Shown here piece after piece: positions 15,564 to 23,640 of a DNA stretch of 64,000 bases. Under the pieces are notes generated by a model that was not told the DNA's origin, did no database searches, and saw only the letters and a list, made by a program, of their open reading frames with translations. How positions within the stretch are numbered: position 1 is the stretch's first letter; every line of letters begins with the position of its first letter. Source of the DNA: a virus. The position numbers and the translations under genes were made by a program. The stretch lies in UHGV virus genome UHGV-0275551. One strand, written 5' to 3'.

Positions 15564-17038
15564 TATTTATTTGCCTTATTTGCTGTGCTTGGGTCTTTCG
15601 CTGAAGGTGTCTTTGCAGTACCTTCTCCAGCGGTCTTATAACCATCTCCTGAGCGGCTTTGGCTATTTGGAGAAAGCTTTTCAGATACTGGCTGAGACTC
15701 ATCAGCAGGAGGGAGACCAATATGCTCTCTAAGCTTGTTAGATAGCTCTTTGTCAACTTCCAAAGCACCTACTGCAACAGTCTTCTGAATATAAGAACCA
15801 ATTGCTTCAAGGTCTGGAGTTTCGATATCATCATATGTGATTTGTACATGTTCTTCATCGTCCCACATATTAAGAGCATAAGTCTGTGCAACTAAATCAC
15901 GGTTAATTACGTTCTTAATTTGCTTCAGCAGAATATCTACTGACATCGCTAATAAGCTTGTCTTAGAATCTGCAAGAGAGAATGAACCGTATTTTGACTG
16001 ACCCATAGCAAGAACATCTGACATAAATGCCATCATAATCTGCTTGGAATATCTGTCAATAATAGAACCTGTATCGTATGCTTTAGCACCCTGTCTAGAA
16101 ACTAATGAGAACTCAAAAATATCCTCTTTAGTATCTGGGTCGATATATCTAGGCCAGATTAAACCTGCTCTGTCGTTAGCAATCATATCATTAACAACAG
16201 TCTTGCAGTATTGTACGAAAGCTTTCTTTTCAGGTTCTGCATTTTCATCCAGATAATCTGGTGGTAAACCAATCTTTGGCATACCTACCAAGTCTCTTGA
16301 AACACCAACGGCTTCATACTCTTCAATCTGTACTTTATACTTCCACGGTACATAAGCATTAAGTAATGGTGAACGACCTTCTGGATTTCCATATTCATCG
16401 TCATACTTGAACAGCATGAATTTAGCTCGTGGAAGTTTTCTTGTTAGTGGTCTTTCTCCGAGATTAATTGCTCCAGCAATATGTGAAACATTTCTCAGAT
16501 TCTGCCTAACACCTGTAACTTTTCTAAAGTCTTCGTCAAAATACCACTTATCAAGTGTTGATTGGTTTCTGATTGGTAATTTAGCCCATCCAATTAGACC
16601 ATCATCAAATTTAGACTGGTACTTTCCTTTTTTACCCTGACGCTTCTTATAAACTTTCTCGTTAACACAGAACCCATAAGTGCAGAATGACATTACAGAA
16701 TTAATAAAATCTGCCCAATCATGCTCCATGTCATCCATTAAAGAATTAAAGAAGTCTGCTCTTTCAAGCATTTTAGGGTCTTGCTCTTTTCCCTTTGGAG
16801 GTACGAATCTCCAGTTGACTTTTCTGACAAACATCTTAATAATATTTACAGATGCTGCTACAGCAGGGTCACGCATCATTAATTGGAAAGTTTTAATACT
16901 TTCAGGGAACCTTAGTGCCTGACGAGGTTCTTCATAGATTCTTCCATTCTTAACCTTCAGACCCAAAGAACCTACTTCACCCATTCTAAATGGTGGTAAG
17001 CTTTCTTGTGTTTCTGTAATATCTGCCATTCTTCTCAC
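15563..17038 (-). CDS. portal protein
   Basis: 491-aa track ORF immediately downstream of terminase large subunit; size and position. Confidence 0.6.
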   Translation of the reverse strand: MRRMADITETQESLPPFRMGEVGSLGLKVKNGRIYEEPRQALRFPESIKTFQLMMRDPAVAASVNIIKMFVRKVNWRFVPPKGKEQDPKMLERADFFNSLMDDMEHDWADFINSVMSFCTYGFCVNEKVYKKRQGKKGKYQSKFDDGLIGWAKLPIRNQSTLDKWYFDEDFRKVTGVRQNLRNVSHIAGAINLGERPLTRKLPRAKFMLFKYDDEYGNPEGRSPLLNAYVPWKYKVQIEEYEAVGVSRDLVGMPKIGLPPDYLDENAEPEKKAFVQYCKTVVNDMIANDRAGLIWPRYIDPDTKEDIFEFSLVSRQGAKAYDTGSIIDRYSKQIMMAFMSDVLAMGQSKYGSFSLADSKTSLLAMSVDILLKQIKNVINRDLVAQTYALNMWDDEEHVQITYDDIETPDLEAIGSYIQKTVAVGALEVDKELSNKLREHIGLPPADESQPVSEKLSPNSQSRSGDGYKTAGEGTAKTPSAKDPSTANKANK

Positions 17039-17045
17039 CTAGCTA

Positions 17046-18662
17046 TCAACGTCTAAGCCCCTCATATGGGTTTCCTCTCACTAAATCTGTGTGAGCACCC
17101 ATTGATGGTGGCTTGAATAATTTAACTTCGTTAAGACTGTTGAAAGCATCACTGGTAGCATCCACTTGGTCATCTTTAGTTTTACCATCACCACAAAAGC
17201 CTTCAAGCTCTTGAAAGTAAGCTTCATTCCAACTACCTCTCAAGACTTTTACAAGTCCAGCTTCAGAAGCAGCAGAAAATCCCGCAAAGCGGGTAACTTT
17301 ATCTTTATTTGTTGGTTTGGCTCTTGCACGATAACCTTTCTCGGCAAGTTTCCTGATGAGGGATGTTGCGTAGGATTTACCAGCAGCGCCTGGGTCTTGA
17401 GGGATAAAAATACCAGTTCGCTTACCGTCACTTTCAGCAGTCAAATTAATTTGTGTTTCGACTCCAGAGGGTCTATCTCTAAATCTTACTACATCAATGA
17501 TATAATAGCAACCGTCTTTTTTAGATTTACCCATCTTAACACCTGCTGTCCAGTCTGGATTAGGGTTAATCTCAGATGGTAAAGTTGCTGCTAAGTCCCA
17601 TGCTCTAACATCAAATACATCTTCTGGGAGTGAATCAACAATTTCACACCATTGTCTTTGCCAATAGTTTGAACCTTCTGCACGAGCCTTCCAGTTACCG
17701 AAACGAAGTCTTGCAACGTTTACAGGGGTGTTGTTTTCCAACTTACCACGGTACTTAGGCTCTAAGAAGTCAAGGATTGGGTTATCATCAATCGTACCAG
17801 AGATAAAGGTGTATGTTTGAGGAATCTCAAGAGGGAACATTTCAAGAATCTTGTCTCTCTCCCAATCAGAAACCATCACACCATCGTTCATTACATACCA
17901 ACGAATACGACCACACTTTTCAGGGTCTGGATAACCTTCTTCATCTAAGAATGGCTCTACCCAATCGTAAATAAAGTGGTCTCTGTCTGGGTTCATAGAA
18001 ATCTTCATGTATGAATCACCTTCAGCACCAGAACGTAGACGGGTTTGTAGGTATGAAATCTGTGAAGCAGAGAAGTGTGTACCTTCGTCAAAGTAAATAG
18101 CTGAGTATTCAATACCCTGATGACCTTCAGCGTGCTTTTCAAGTTCTAGGTAGGTAAACTTGATAGTTGCCCCAGAAGGGAATGTGATAGTCATTTTCTG
18201 CTCGTGAGGAATCCCACCAAACTTACCAAATAGTTTCTTTGCAGCAGGCCATAAACCACCTTGTAGCTGTGTTGTATTTCGACGGAAATATACAGCATTA
18301 TAGTTAGGGTCTTCAATAAATCTTAAAGAGTCCATTAACAATGCAGCAGTTTTACCAGCACCAGCAGCACCACCATAAAGAACCAAGTCAGCATTAGTGT
18401 TTAAAAAGACCTCTTGAGAACCCGGCTGAGGGGCTACATAATTCTTATCAGTCATCAATTTAAAGATAAGGCGAACTTGGTCTGGTGTGTATCTTAATAA
18501 AGTCAGAATTTGAGTTGGAAGGAATTTAGAGGGGTCTTTACCGAATGATTTGATAATTTCTTTTACTTCATCAGAAAGCCCCAACTCTCCAGCTAGGACT
18601 TTCCTAACATCTTCCACTCGCTTCTGCTTAACAGCATTTAAGTCCATTAAGCACCTCCGCAA
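17046..18662 (-). CDS. terminase large subunit
   Basis: 538 aa; Walker A LYGGAAGAGKT near N terminus, nuclease-like C half. Confidence 0.8.
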   Translation of the reverse strand: MRRCLMDLNAVKQKRVEDVRKVLAGELGLSDEVKEIIKSFGKDPSKFLPTQILTLLRYTPDQVRLIFKLMTDKNYVAPQPGSQEVFLNTNADLVLYGGAAGAGKTAALLMDSLRFIEDPNYNAVYFRRNTTQLQGGLWPAAKKLFGKFGGIPHEQKMTITFPSGATIKFTYLELEKHAEGHQGIEYSAIYFDEGTHFSASQISYLQTRLRSGAEGDSYMKISMNPDRDHFIYDWVEPFLDEEGYPDPEKCGRIRWYVMNDGVMVSDWERDKILEMFPLEIPQTYTFISGTIDDNPILDFLEPKYRGKLENNTPVNVARLRFGNWKARAEGSNYWQRQWCEIVDSLPEDVFDVRAWDLAATLPSEINPNPDWTAGVKMGKSKKDGCYYIIDVVRFRDRPSGVETQINLTAESDGKRTGIFIPQDPGAAGKSYATSLIRKLAEKGYRARAKPTNKDKVTRFAGFSAASEAGLVKVLRGSWNEAYFQELEGFCGDGKTKDDQVDATSDAFNSLNEVKLFKPPSMGAHTDLVRGNPYEGLRR

Positions 18663-18668
18663 ATAGAA

Positions 18669-18869
18669 TTATTCAGAGTCTGTAGCAGTCTCTTCTTTCT
18701 TAACTTCGAACTTTGCATCAACAGCATCAAGAAGTGCATCCATAGATGCTTCTTTAATATCAATACCTGTTGCTACAGACAATCTGTCTGCAATTGCCAT
18801 GATAGTATTCTGCATAAATTCTAGCTTTTTATTAGCTTCATAAAGTTCTTTATAAACGGTCTCGCTCAT
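18669..18869 (-). CDS. hypothetical small protein upstream of terminase
   Basis: 66-aa track ORF; acidic. Confidence 0.3.
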   Translation of the reverse strand: MSETVYKELYEANKKLEFMQNTIMAIADRLSVATGIDIKEASMDALLDAVDAKFEVKKEETATDSE

Positions 18870-18994
18870 TATGTTTTCTCCAAATAGTTAACCATGTTTC
18901 CCCTTAAAAAAGACGGCACAGAGACCGTCAAGGAGAAACCACAATGTACGTCAGAGACATACTGTATAAGTCTTCCTATAAAGTATAACTCTGT

Positions 18995-19055
18995 AAAAAA
19001 GCCCTGTCTAAAAATACTCTTCGGTAGCGAAAGGAAGAATACTTATAGCAGGGCA
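18995..19055 (-). terminator. rho-independent terminator after the tRNA array
   Basis: long imperfect hairpin closed by GCCCTG/CAGGGC, followed on the minus strand by TTTTTT. Confidence 0.45.
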
Positions 19056-19091
19056 TTATTATTATTTTAATTGAGAGAGAGTAAAATAACT

Positions 19092-19167
19092 TGGAGAATC
19101 CGAAGGGACTCGAACCCTTATAAACCTGTTTTGCAGACAGGCACATAGCCGTTTCTGTCACGGATTC
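19092..19167 (-). tRNA. tRNA-Cys (anticodon GCA)
   Basis: hand-folded cloverleaf; 7-bp acceptor gaatccg/cggattc, T-arm aaggg-actcgaa-ccctt on plus strand; sense anticodon loop CTGCAAA; CCA encoded. Confidence 0.6.
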
Positions 19168-19171
19168 AAAT

Positions 19172-19264
19172 TGGAGGAAGATACCAGACTTGAACTGGTA
19201 CACCGATTTCTCAGCTACTGGCAGTTTAGCAAACTGCTCCCTTACCTTTTAGGGTTAATCTTCC
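19172..19264 (-). tRNA. tRNA-Ser (anticodon GCT), class II
   Basis: 93 nt with long variable arm; acceptor ggaagat/atcttcc; sense anticodon arm GCAGT-TTGCTAA-ACTGC. Confidence 0.55.
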
Positions 19265-19266
19265 AT

Positions 19267-20001
19267 TTATTTCTGTAATGCGTTCTTCATTTCTGGTGTT
19301 GCAATAGTGTCAATTACACCAGTTTTACAAGCATCATCAAACCAGTCTGGTAAGATACCTGCTAAGAACCCATTGATATTCGTTTTAAGGTACTCTGCAA
19401 TAAGAGCAGCTTCTTCTTCAATCATCTGCACAACTTCATCTGCATAAGCTGTAATTTTTGAAATACCTTCATTAATCTTACTAACAGCTTGCTCAGCTAA
19501 ATCAGAAATAGTATCAAGACCTTTGTCAATAGCATCTTGTAAGTCACTTAACACACCATTAACACTATCTAGTGCACTGTTAATCGTATCAATAGCTTTT
19601 TGACCATACTCTGTAGCAACACCCATAATACCACTAAATGGTGTACAGCCAACTTGTTCACCTGCTGCACCCATAACATTAGAGTAACCTTTTGCTACCT
19701 GCATACGTGATGAAAACTCATCAATGGACTTTTGACCGTAATCTGTTAGTGTTTTGGTAGTTGATGTAGTGCTTGTCAGACTCGTGGTAAAGCTGTTAAG
19801 CAGAACTGTTGTAAGTCCAGCAGCAACAAGCTTATCCTTTACTGTAGGGTCTGATACAGAGCTAATAGAGCTTACAAGTGATGTAGAGGCAGCTACGGTT
19901 CCACCGAGAACTGCTGCACCAGTAATAAGGGGGTTAGAAAACCCTTTACCGGTTTTTAAGAGATTGAAAATCTCCTTACCTTGTTCTGTCATCTCTTTCA
20001 T
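19267..20001 (-). CDS. hypothetical Ser/Thr-rich protein embedded in tRNA array
   Basis: track ORF 19267..20064 shortened to the ATG at 20001 because the longer form overlaps tRNA-Phe; weak AAAGGTG RBS. Confidence 0.4.
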   Translation of the reverse strand: MKEMTEQGKEIFNLLKTGKGFSNPLITGAAVLGGTVAASTSLVSSISSVSDPTVKDKLVAAGLTTVLLNSFTTSLTSTTSTTKTLTDYGQKSIDEFSSRMQVAKGYSNVMGAAGEQVGCTPFSGIMGVATEYGQKAIDTINSALDSVNGVLSDLQDAIDKGLDTISDLAEQAVSKINEGISKITAYADEVVQMIEEEAALIAEYLKTNINGFLAGILPDWFDDACKTGVIDTIATPEMKNALQK

Positions 20002-20019
20002 TAAGCACCTTTGAAATTG

Positions 20020-20094
20020 GTAGTCCAGTGGGATTTGAACCCTCTTCTCATGTTTTTCAGACACGCGCTTTAACCATATAAGCTACTTGGACTA
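20020..20094 (-). tRNA. tRNA-Phe (anticodon GAA)
   Basis: acceptor tagtcca/tggacta perfect; sense anticodon arm CGTGT-CTGAAAA-ACATG; T-stem has one mismatch; CCA apparently incomplete. Confidence 0.5.
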
Positions 20095-20099
20095 TAAAT

Positions 20100-20175
20100 T
20101 GGGGTGACCTACGGGATTTGAACCCGTATAGACCATGTTCACAGCATGGGTCATTACCATTTATGATAAGGCCAC
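20100..20175 (-). tRNA. tRNA-His (anticodon GTG)
   Basis: sense anticodon arm CCATG-CTGTGAA-CATGG; discriminator C73; perfect T-arm. Confidence 0.6.
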
Positions 20176-20206
20176 ATTTAAGGACTCTCGTAAGAATCCT
20201 TAGAAG

Positions 20207-20282
20207 TGGCAGCGGCATAAGGATTTGAACCTTAATAGGACAGCTTCAGAGACTGCTGCATTGCCAGTTATGCTATACCGCT
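20207..20282 (-). tRNA. tRNA-Gln (anticodon CTG)
   Basis: sense anticodon loop CTCTGAA, stem with two G:U pairs; G73 discriminator; D-stem GCAT/ATGC. Confidence 0.5.
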
Positions 20283-20287
20283 AAATT

Positions 20288-20366
20288 TGGTACTCCATAT
20301 CGGATTCGAACCGATACATAACACAGATTTTAAGTCTGGCCTCTCTGCCAATTGGAGTAATGGAGC
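20288..20366 (-). tRNA. tRNA with Leu anticodon TAA, short variable loop
   Basis: 79 nt; sense anticodon arm CCAGA-CTTAAAA-TCTGT; Leu-type D-loop CAATTGGCAGAG; variable region about 7 nt; A73. Confidence 0.45.
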
Positions 20367-20368
20367 AT

Positions 20369-20444
20369 TGGCGGGGGATGTTGGAATTGAACCAACTTCT
20401 TCGATTTCAAAGACCGAGGTTTTAACCTTGTAAACTAATCCCCT
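20369..20444 (-). tRNA. tRNA-Gln (anticodon TTG)
   Basis: sense anticodon arm TCGGT-CTTTGAA-ATCGA; T-arm gttgg-aattgaa-ccaac; G73. Confidence 0.55.
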
Positions 20445-20452
20445 TTAAATCT

Positions 20453-21010
20453 TTACTTTCTTAGTGGATGAATAAAGAATGCCAACATAACTCTTTCCCT
20501 TGAAAATGCTCTTTCTTCTGGGACAACACTTTTAAGTTTCCACCCAACATAAATTCTCCAGTAAAATTGTTTACCAAAGATTTTGATTGACGGCACAAAA
20601 GCGAATAATCCCCAAGCATTACTGTTCCACATTAGGAGATAACCAGTCTGATTATCTTCAGGGTTAGAACTTACGTTGATATTACCTTTCCACTTAGTAA
20701 CATCTTTTACATCTCTTCCTAATACATGGTAAGAGAAGTTATAAGCTTTGTTTCTCCAGAGCCATCCAACTCTCTGCATGTAGACACCAAGCTTACCAAT
20801 CTTTCTAATCTTAGCCCATCGTTTGATATGACCTGCATCACCATCAATTGGGTTGTCATAAGTCTCCATCCATCTGAACCCGAAAGGTAAGTGTCCTTTC
20901 TTCTCACTGTAGAATGGAACTACAAAAGGTGCTAAGATAACTGCTAAGATTGCTGCAAATGGCTCTAACAAAGCTAAGAAAATCCATGAAGCATACTTTA
21001 AGTATCTCAT
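20453..21010 (-). CDS. hypothetical membrane protein embedded in tRNA array
   Basis: 185-aa track ORF; hydrophobic N terminus (IFLALLEPFAAILAVILAPFVVPF). Confidence 0.4.
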   Translation of the reverse strand: MRYLKYASWIFLALLEPFAAILAVILAPFVVPFYSEKKGHLPFGFRWMETYDNPIDGDAGHIKRWAKIRKIGKLGVYMQRVGWLWRNKAYNFSYHVLGRDVKDVTKWKGNINVSSNPEDNQTGYLLMWNSNAWGLFAFVPSIKIFGKQFYWRIYVGWKLKSVVPEERAFSRERVMLAFFIHPLRK

Positions 21011-21249
21011 TGTCTAATCCTCGTAAGGAGGTAAATGTTATTATTCGTTTCTAAACCTTCTGGTAAAACTGTCTCAAAAATAACACTCTTCAGATGTCTA
21101 CCACCAAAACAATCACGTATAAATCTTTCTACTCTAGCGGGGTCACATAAGTATCCCACTTTTAAGAAAATGTGGTGTTCAACACCAATGACCCTGACAA
21201 ACTCAATACTCTCACAGTTTTCATGTTCAACTACTGTTAATGTTTGCAT
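21007..21249 (-). CDS. hypothetical protein
   Basis: 80-aa track ORF, stop overlaps start of 20453..21010 ORF. Confidence 0.35.
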   Translation of the reverse strand: MQTLTVVEHENCESIEFVRVIGVEHHIFLKVGYLCDPARVERFIRDCFGGRHLKSVIFETVLPEGLETNNNIYLLTRIRQ

Positions 21250-21266
21250 AGTATCACCTTTTTATC

Positions 21267-21342
21267 TGGCGCAGGATAAGGGATTCGAACCCCTATTAAC
21301 AGCTTCGTAGACTGTTGCTCTTTCCATTTGAACTAATCCTGC
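21267..21342 (-). tRNA. tRNA-Arg (anticodon ACG)
   Basis: acceptor gcaggat/atcctgc perfect; sense anticodon arm ACAGT-CTACGAA-GCTGT. Confidence 0.55.
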
Positions 21343-21347
21343 AAAAT

Positions 21348-21425
21348 TGGTGTTCCAAGACGGATTCGAACCGTCACTAATACAAGGTTTGAGCTTGCAT
21401 CCTCTGCCAATTGGGATACTGGAAC
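21348..21425 (-). tRNA. tRNA with Leu anticodon CAA, short variable loop
   Basis: 78 nt; sense anticodon arm GCAAG-CTCAAAC-CTTGT; Leu-type D-loop CAATTGGCAGAG; perfect T-arm gacgg-attcgaa-ccgtc. Confidence 0.45.
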
Positions 21426-21426
21426 A

Positions 21427-21501
21427 TGGTACTCACTAAAGGACTTGAACCTTTTTCTTCATCTTGTAAGGGTGATGTTTTACCATATAAACTAAGCGAG
21501 T
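21427..21501 (-). tRNA. tRNA-Val (anticodon TAC)
   Basis: sense anticodon loop CTTACAA; T-arm aaagg-acttgaa-ccttt; D-stem gttt/aaac. Confidence 0.5.
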
Positions 21502-21502
21502 A

Positions 21503-21597
21503 TGGAAGAGGTCTGAAGTTGTGCCGCTAACTCAACTTCGTGGAATTTGTTACGGTCTTCAGTTGACTCAAAGCGGTCTTTCACTTGACCTCTGAAT
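21503..21597 (-). other. 95-nt structured spacer, possibly a degenerate tRNA or small RNA
   Basis: tgg + 7-bp terminal inverted repeat agaggtc/gacctct like an acceptor stem, internal 7-bp hairpin gaagttg/caacttc, but no canonical T-loop. Confidence 0.25.
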
Positions 21598-21673
21598 TGG
21601 TGCTCCCACAAGGACTCGAACCCTGATAAGTTGCTTACAAGGCAACCGTAATAACCAATTATACGATAGGAGC
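21598..21673 (-). tRNA. tRNA-Thr (anticodon TGT)
   Basis: sense anticodon arm GTTGC-CTTGTAA-GCAAC perfect; acceptor with one G:U. Confidence 0.6.
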
Positions 21674-21680
21674 ATTAATT

Positions 21681-21755
21681 TGGAGCATCCAGAGGGAATC
21701 GAACCCTCAACCTCAGTTTGGAAGACTGTAATTTTCCCGTTTAAACTATGGATGC
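21681..21755 (-). tRNA. tRNA-Gly (anticodon TCC)
   Basis: sense anticodon loop CTTCCAA; perfect T-arm gaggg-aatcgaa-ccctc; acceptor gcatcca/tggatgc. Confidence 0.5.
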
Positions 21756-21761
21756 ACTAAT

Positions 21762-21837
21762 TGGTGGAGTCACTGAGAATTGAACTCAGTTCCCAAGTTT
21801 GCAAAACTCGAATTTTAACCATATAAACTATGACCCC
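21762..21837 (-). tRNA. tRNA-Ala (anticodon TGC)
   Basis: sense anticodon arm CGAGT-TTTGCAA-ACTTG; G3:U70 pair and A73 as expected for Ala. Confidence 0.6.
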
Positions 21838-21843
21838 ATTGTT

Positions 21844-21919
21844 TGGTACAGGTGGAGGGAATTGAACCCATCGTCTTACTGATTAAGAGTCAGCCGCATA
21901 ACCATTTTGCTACACCTGC
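21844..21919 (-). tRNA. tRNA-Lys (anticodon CTT), weak T-stem
   Basis: best parse gives sense anticodon arm GCTGA-CTCTTAA-TCAGT; T-stem only 3 clean pairs; an alternative parse gave a poorer loop. Confidence 0.4.
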
Positions 21920-21926
21920 ATTAATT

Positions 21927-22003
21927 TGGTACACCTAGAGAGATTCGAACTCACACTGAGCAGATTCTAAGTCTGCTGCCTCTACCAGTTGGGCTATAGG
22001 TGC
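21927..22003 (-). tRNA. tRNA with Leu anticodon TAG, short variable loop
   Basis: 77 nt; sense anticodon arm GCAGA-CTTAGAA-TCTGC perfect; Leu-type D-arm GCC-CAACTGGTAGA-GGC; 5-nt variable loop. Confidence 0.5.
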
Positions 22004-22083
22004 ATTAAATCTTTTTAGAGAACTTCTAAGAACCTAAGCAACAAGGTTCCACAACAAGCTGTAATAACCTTAGAAGCCCTCTA

Positions 22084-22104
22084 AAAAGACCTAAATAGGT
22101 CTTT
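22084..22104 (-). terminator. hairpin terminator-like element downstream of the 22247..22588 ORF
   Basis: aaagacc-taaat-aggtcttt hairpin; short T-run on the minus strand. Confidence 0.35.
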
Positions 22105-22246
22105 GCATAGTCTTGTTTAATCCGGTGACTAGAACCTTTGGAGAGCTTGATATTATCTCTTCTCCGTGACACCTACTAGGTGCTTTGACAGTGTACGACA
22201 ATACACGAGGGATAAACCGACAATGCGAACAAGCATGGACGGAGTA

Positions 22247-22588
22247 TTAAATCTTTAAGCTAAGTTCAGTCTTAGACTTGATATCTTTAGCTTTGTAGAT
22301 GATGACTTTATCAAGTGGTTCAATGTAAACAGCTAAGTAATCAACTTGAGAGTTATCAAAATTCATTATTCTATTTTCATTCTTGTTAGAACGAACTCTT
22401 TTCAGTTGCACTCTCCAAAGTTCACCTCTTTTGACTGAGGTTGATTTTACCTCAACAGTCTCAATCAAACCATCTTTGTGAACTAGAAAGTCATACTTTG
22501 CATTATCTGTAGCTGGTGAATACACTTCATAACCTCTTTTGAGGAAAGCTAATTGTGTAGCAATTTCACCTACTGAACCTTTCTTCAT
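22247..22588 (-). CDS. PD-(D/E)XK-type nuclease-like protein, putative
   Basis: track ORF 22247..22768 shortened to ATG 22588 (strong AGGTGG RBS; longer form overlaps tRNA-Ser); motif YDFLVHKDG...IETVEVKS fits a D...E.K nuclease core. Confidence 0.4.
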   Translation of the reverse strand: MKKGSVGEIATQLAFLKRGYEVYSPATDNAKYDFLVHKDGLIETVEVKSTSVKRGELWRVQLKRVRSNKNENRIMNFDNSQVDYLAVYIEPLDKVIIYKAKDIKSKTELSLKI

Positions 22589-22611
22589 AATCACCACCTT
22601 AAAAATCATTT

Positions 22612-22698
22612 TGGCAGAGAGTGCAGGAGTCGAACCCGTACCGTTTCCAGCAGCACCAGTTTTCAAGGCTGGTTGGTCTCCGTTGACCGCCACTCTCT
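22612..22698 (-). tRNA. tRNA-Ser (anticodon TGA), class II
   Basis: 87 nt; acceptor agagagt/actctct perfect; sense anticodon loop CTTGAAA; long variable arm. Confidence 0.55.
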
Positions 22699-22711
22699 CC
22701 GAAACAATCTT

Positions 22712-22794
22712 TGGCATGGGACGGAGGAGTTGAACCCCTTTGAAACGGTTTTGGAGGCCGTTGCTCATGCCTTAGAGTCTTAACATCGTCCCAT
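22712..22794 (-). tRNA. tRNA with anticodon CCA (Trp?), atypical 83 nt
   Basis: perfect acceptor atgggac/gtcccat, G73, sense anticodon arm ACGGC-CTCCAAA-ACCGT, but the D-region is about 7 nt too long. Confidence 0.35.
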
Positions 22795-22936
22795 ATTATA
22801 ATTCGAAGCTTACCCTGTTATCTCAACACTGTCAAGCTTCTTCTCAGATTATTTACATGTTCTGGAAAACATGAGATACAGACCACCTCCCTACAGGAAG
22901 ACCCACTAAGGCCGTCTAAGTAATCTGCTAACTATT

Positions 22937-23013
22937 TGGTACACCCTACAGGATTCGAACCTGTAACTAACGATTTAGAAGACCGTTGCTCTATCCAATT
23001 GAACTAAGGGTGC
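22937..23013 (-). tRNA. tRNA-Arg (anticodon TCT)
   Basis: sense anticodon arm ACGGT-CTTCTAA-ATCGT; perfect T-arm acagg-attcgaa-cctgt. Confidence 0.6.
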
Positions 23014-23259
23014 ATTATCTTTAAAGACTCTCTTAGAAAGCCCTTAAAGATGCCCACCTTATTAATCATACCGTGGGCGAGTACGCCAAATTCTTTGATG
23101 AGGGATTGGAAGACCTCACTGGTGTTTAGCCTATCAAGCTACTGCCAGAAAAACATTGTCGTTTGCATTTATTTTAAATTTGCAAAATAGACGCTACGCA
23201 ACGAAAACTAAGGTTACTATAAAGTAGTCACATCTCAATGTCAACAACTTTATTGAAAT

Positions 23260-23335
23260 TGGTACTGGTAGGTGGAATCGAACCACCGATGTTCCCTTAT
23301 CAGGGGAGTGTTATAACCTTCTTAACTATACCAGC
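23260..23335 (-). tRNA. tRNA-Ile (anticodon GAT)
   Basis: sense anticodon loop CTGATAA; perfect T-arm ggtgg-aatcgaa-ccacc. Confidence 0.6.
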
Positions 23336-23336
23336 T

Positions 23337-23413
23337 TGGAGGTTCAGATGGGAATCGAACCCACATTCATAGGGCTTATGAGACCCTTGCATTACCTTAT
23401 CTGCGACTGAACC
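23337..23413 (-). tRNA. tRNA with anticodon CAT (Met or Ile2 type)
   Basis: sense anticodon arm AGGGT-CTCATAA-GCCCT; acceptor ggttcag/ctgaacc perfect. Confidence 0.55.
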
Positions 23414-23417
23414 ATAT

Positions 23418-23493
23418 TGGTAGAAGTGGAGGGATTCGAACCCATCGCCTGTCAGATTAAAAGTCTGCCGCATCACCATTCTGCTACACTTCC
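23418..23493 (-). tRNA. tRNA-Lys (anticodon TTT)
   Basis: sense anticodon loop CTTTTAA; T-arm gaggg-attcgaa-cccat. Confidence 0.55.
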
Positions 23494-23496
23494 ATT

Positions 23497-23640
23497 AAAT
23501 TATCTTTGTAGATAAGCTACCCAGACTTGCTTAAGGTCTGTAGCGATGTGCCTTTTTGGGTTTAAATCTAGAATTTACCCTTTCACCCTTTGTGGTCGCA
23601 TACTCACAGGTAAGCTTAATAACTTATCTACAAAGATAAT
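23497..23640. repeat. 19-bp inverted repeat bracketing about 105 bp inside a tRNA spacer
   Basis: aattatctttgtagataag (left arm) and its exact reverse complement cttatctacaaagataatt (right arm). Confidence 0.55.

Noticed and set aside
18976-19203. 75-aa track ORF on the minus strand
   Set aside because: Almost entirely overlaps the hand-folded tRNA-Cys and tRNA-Ser genes; likely spurious.
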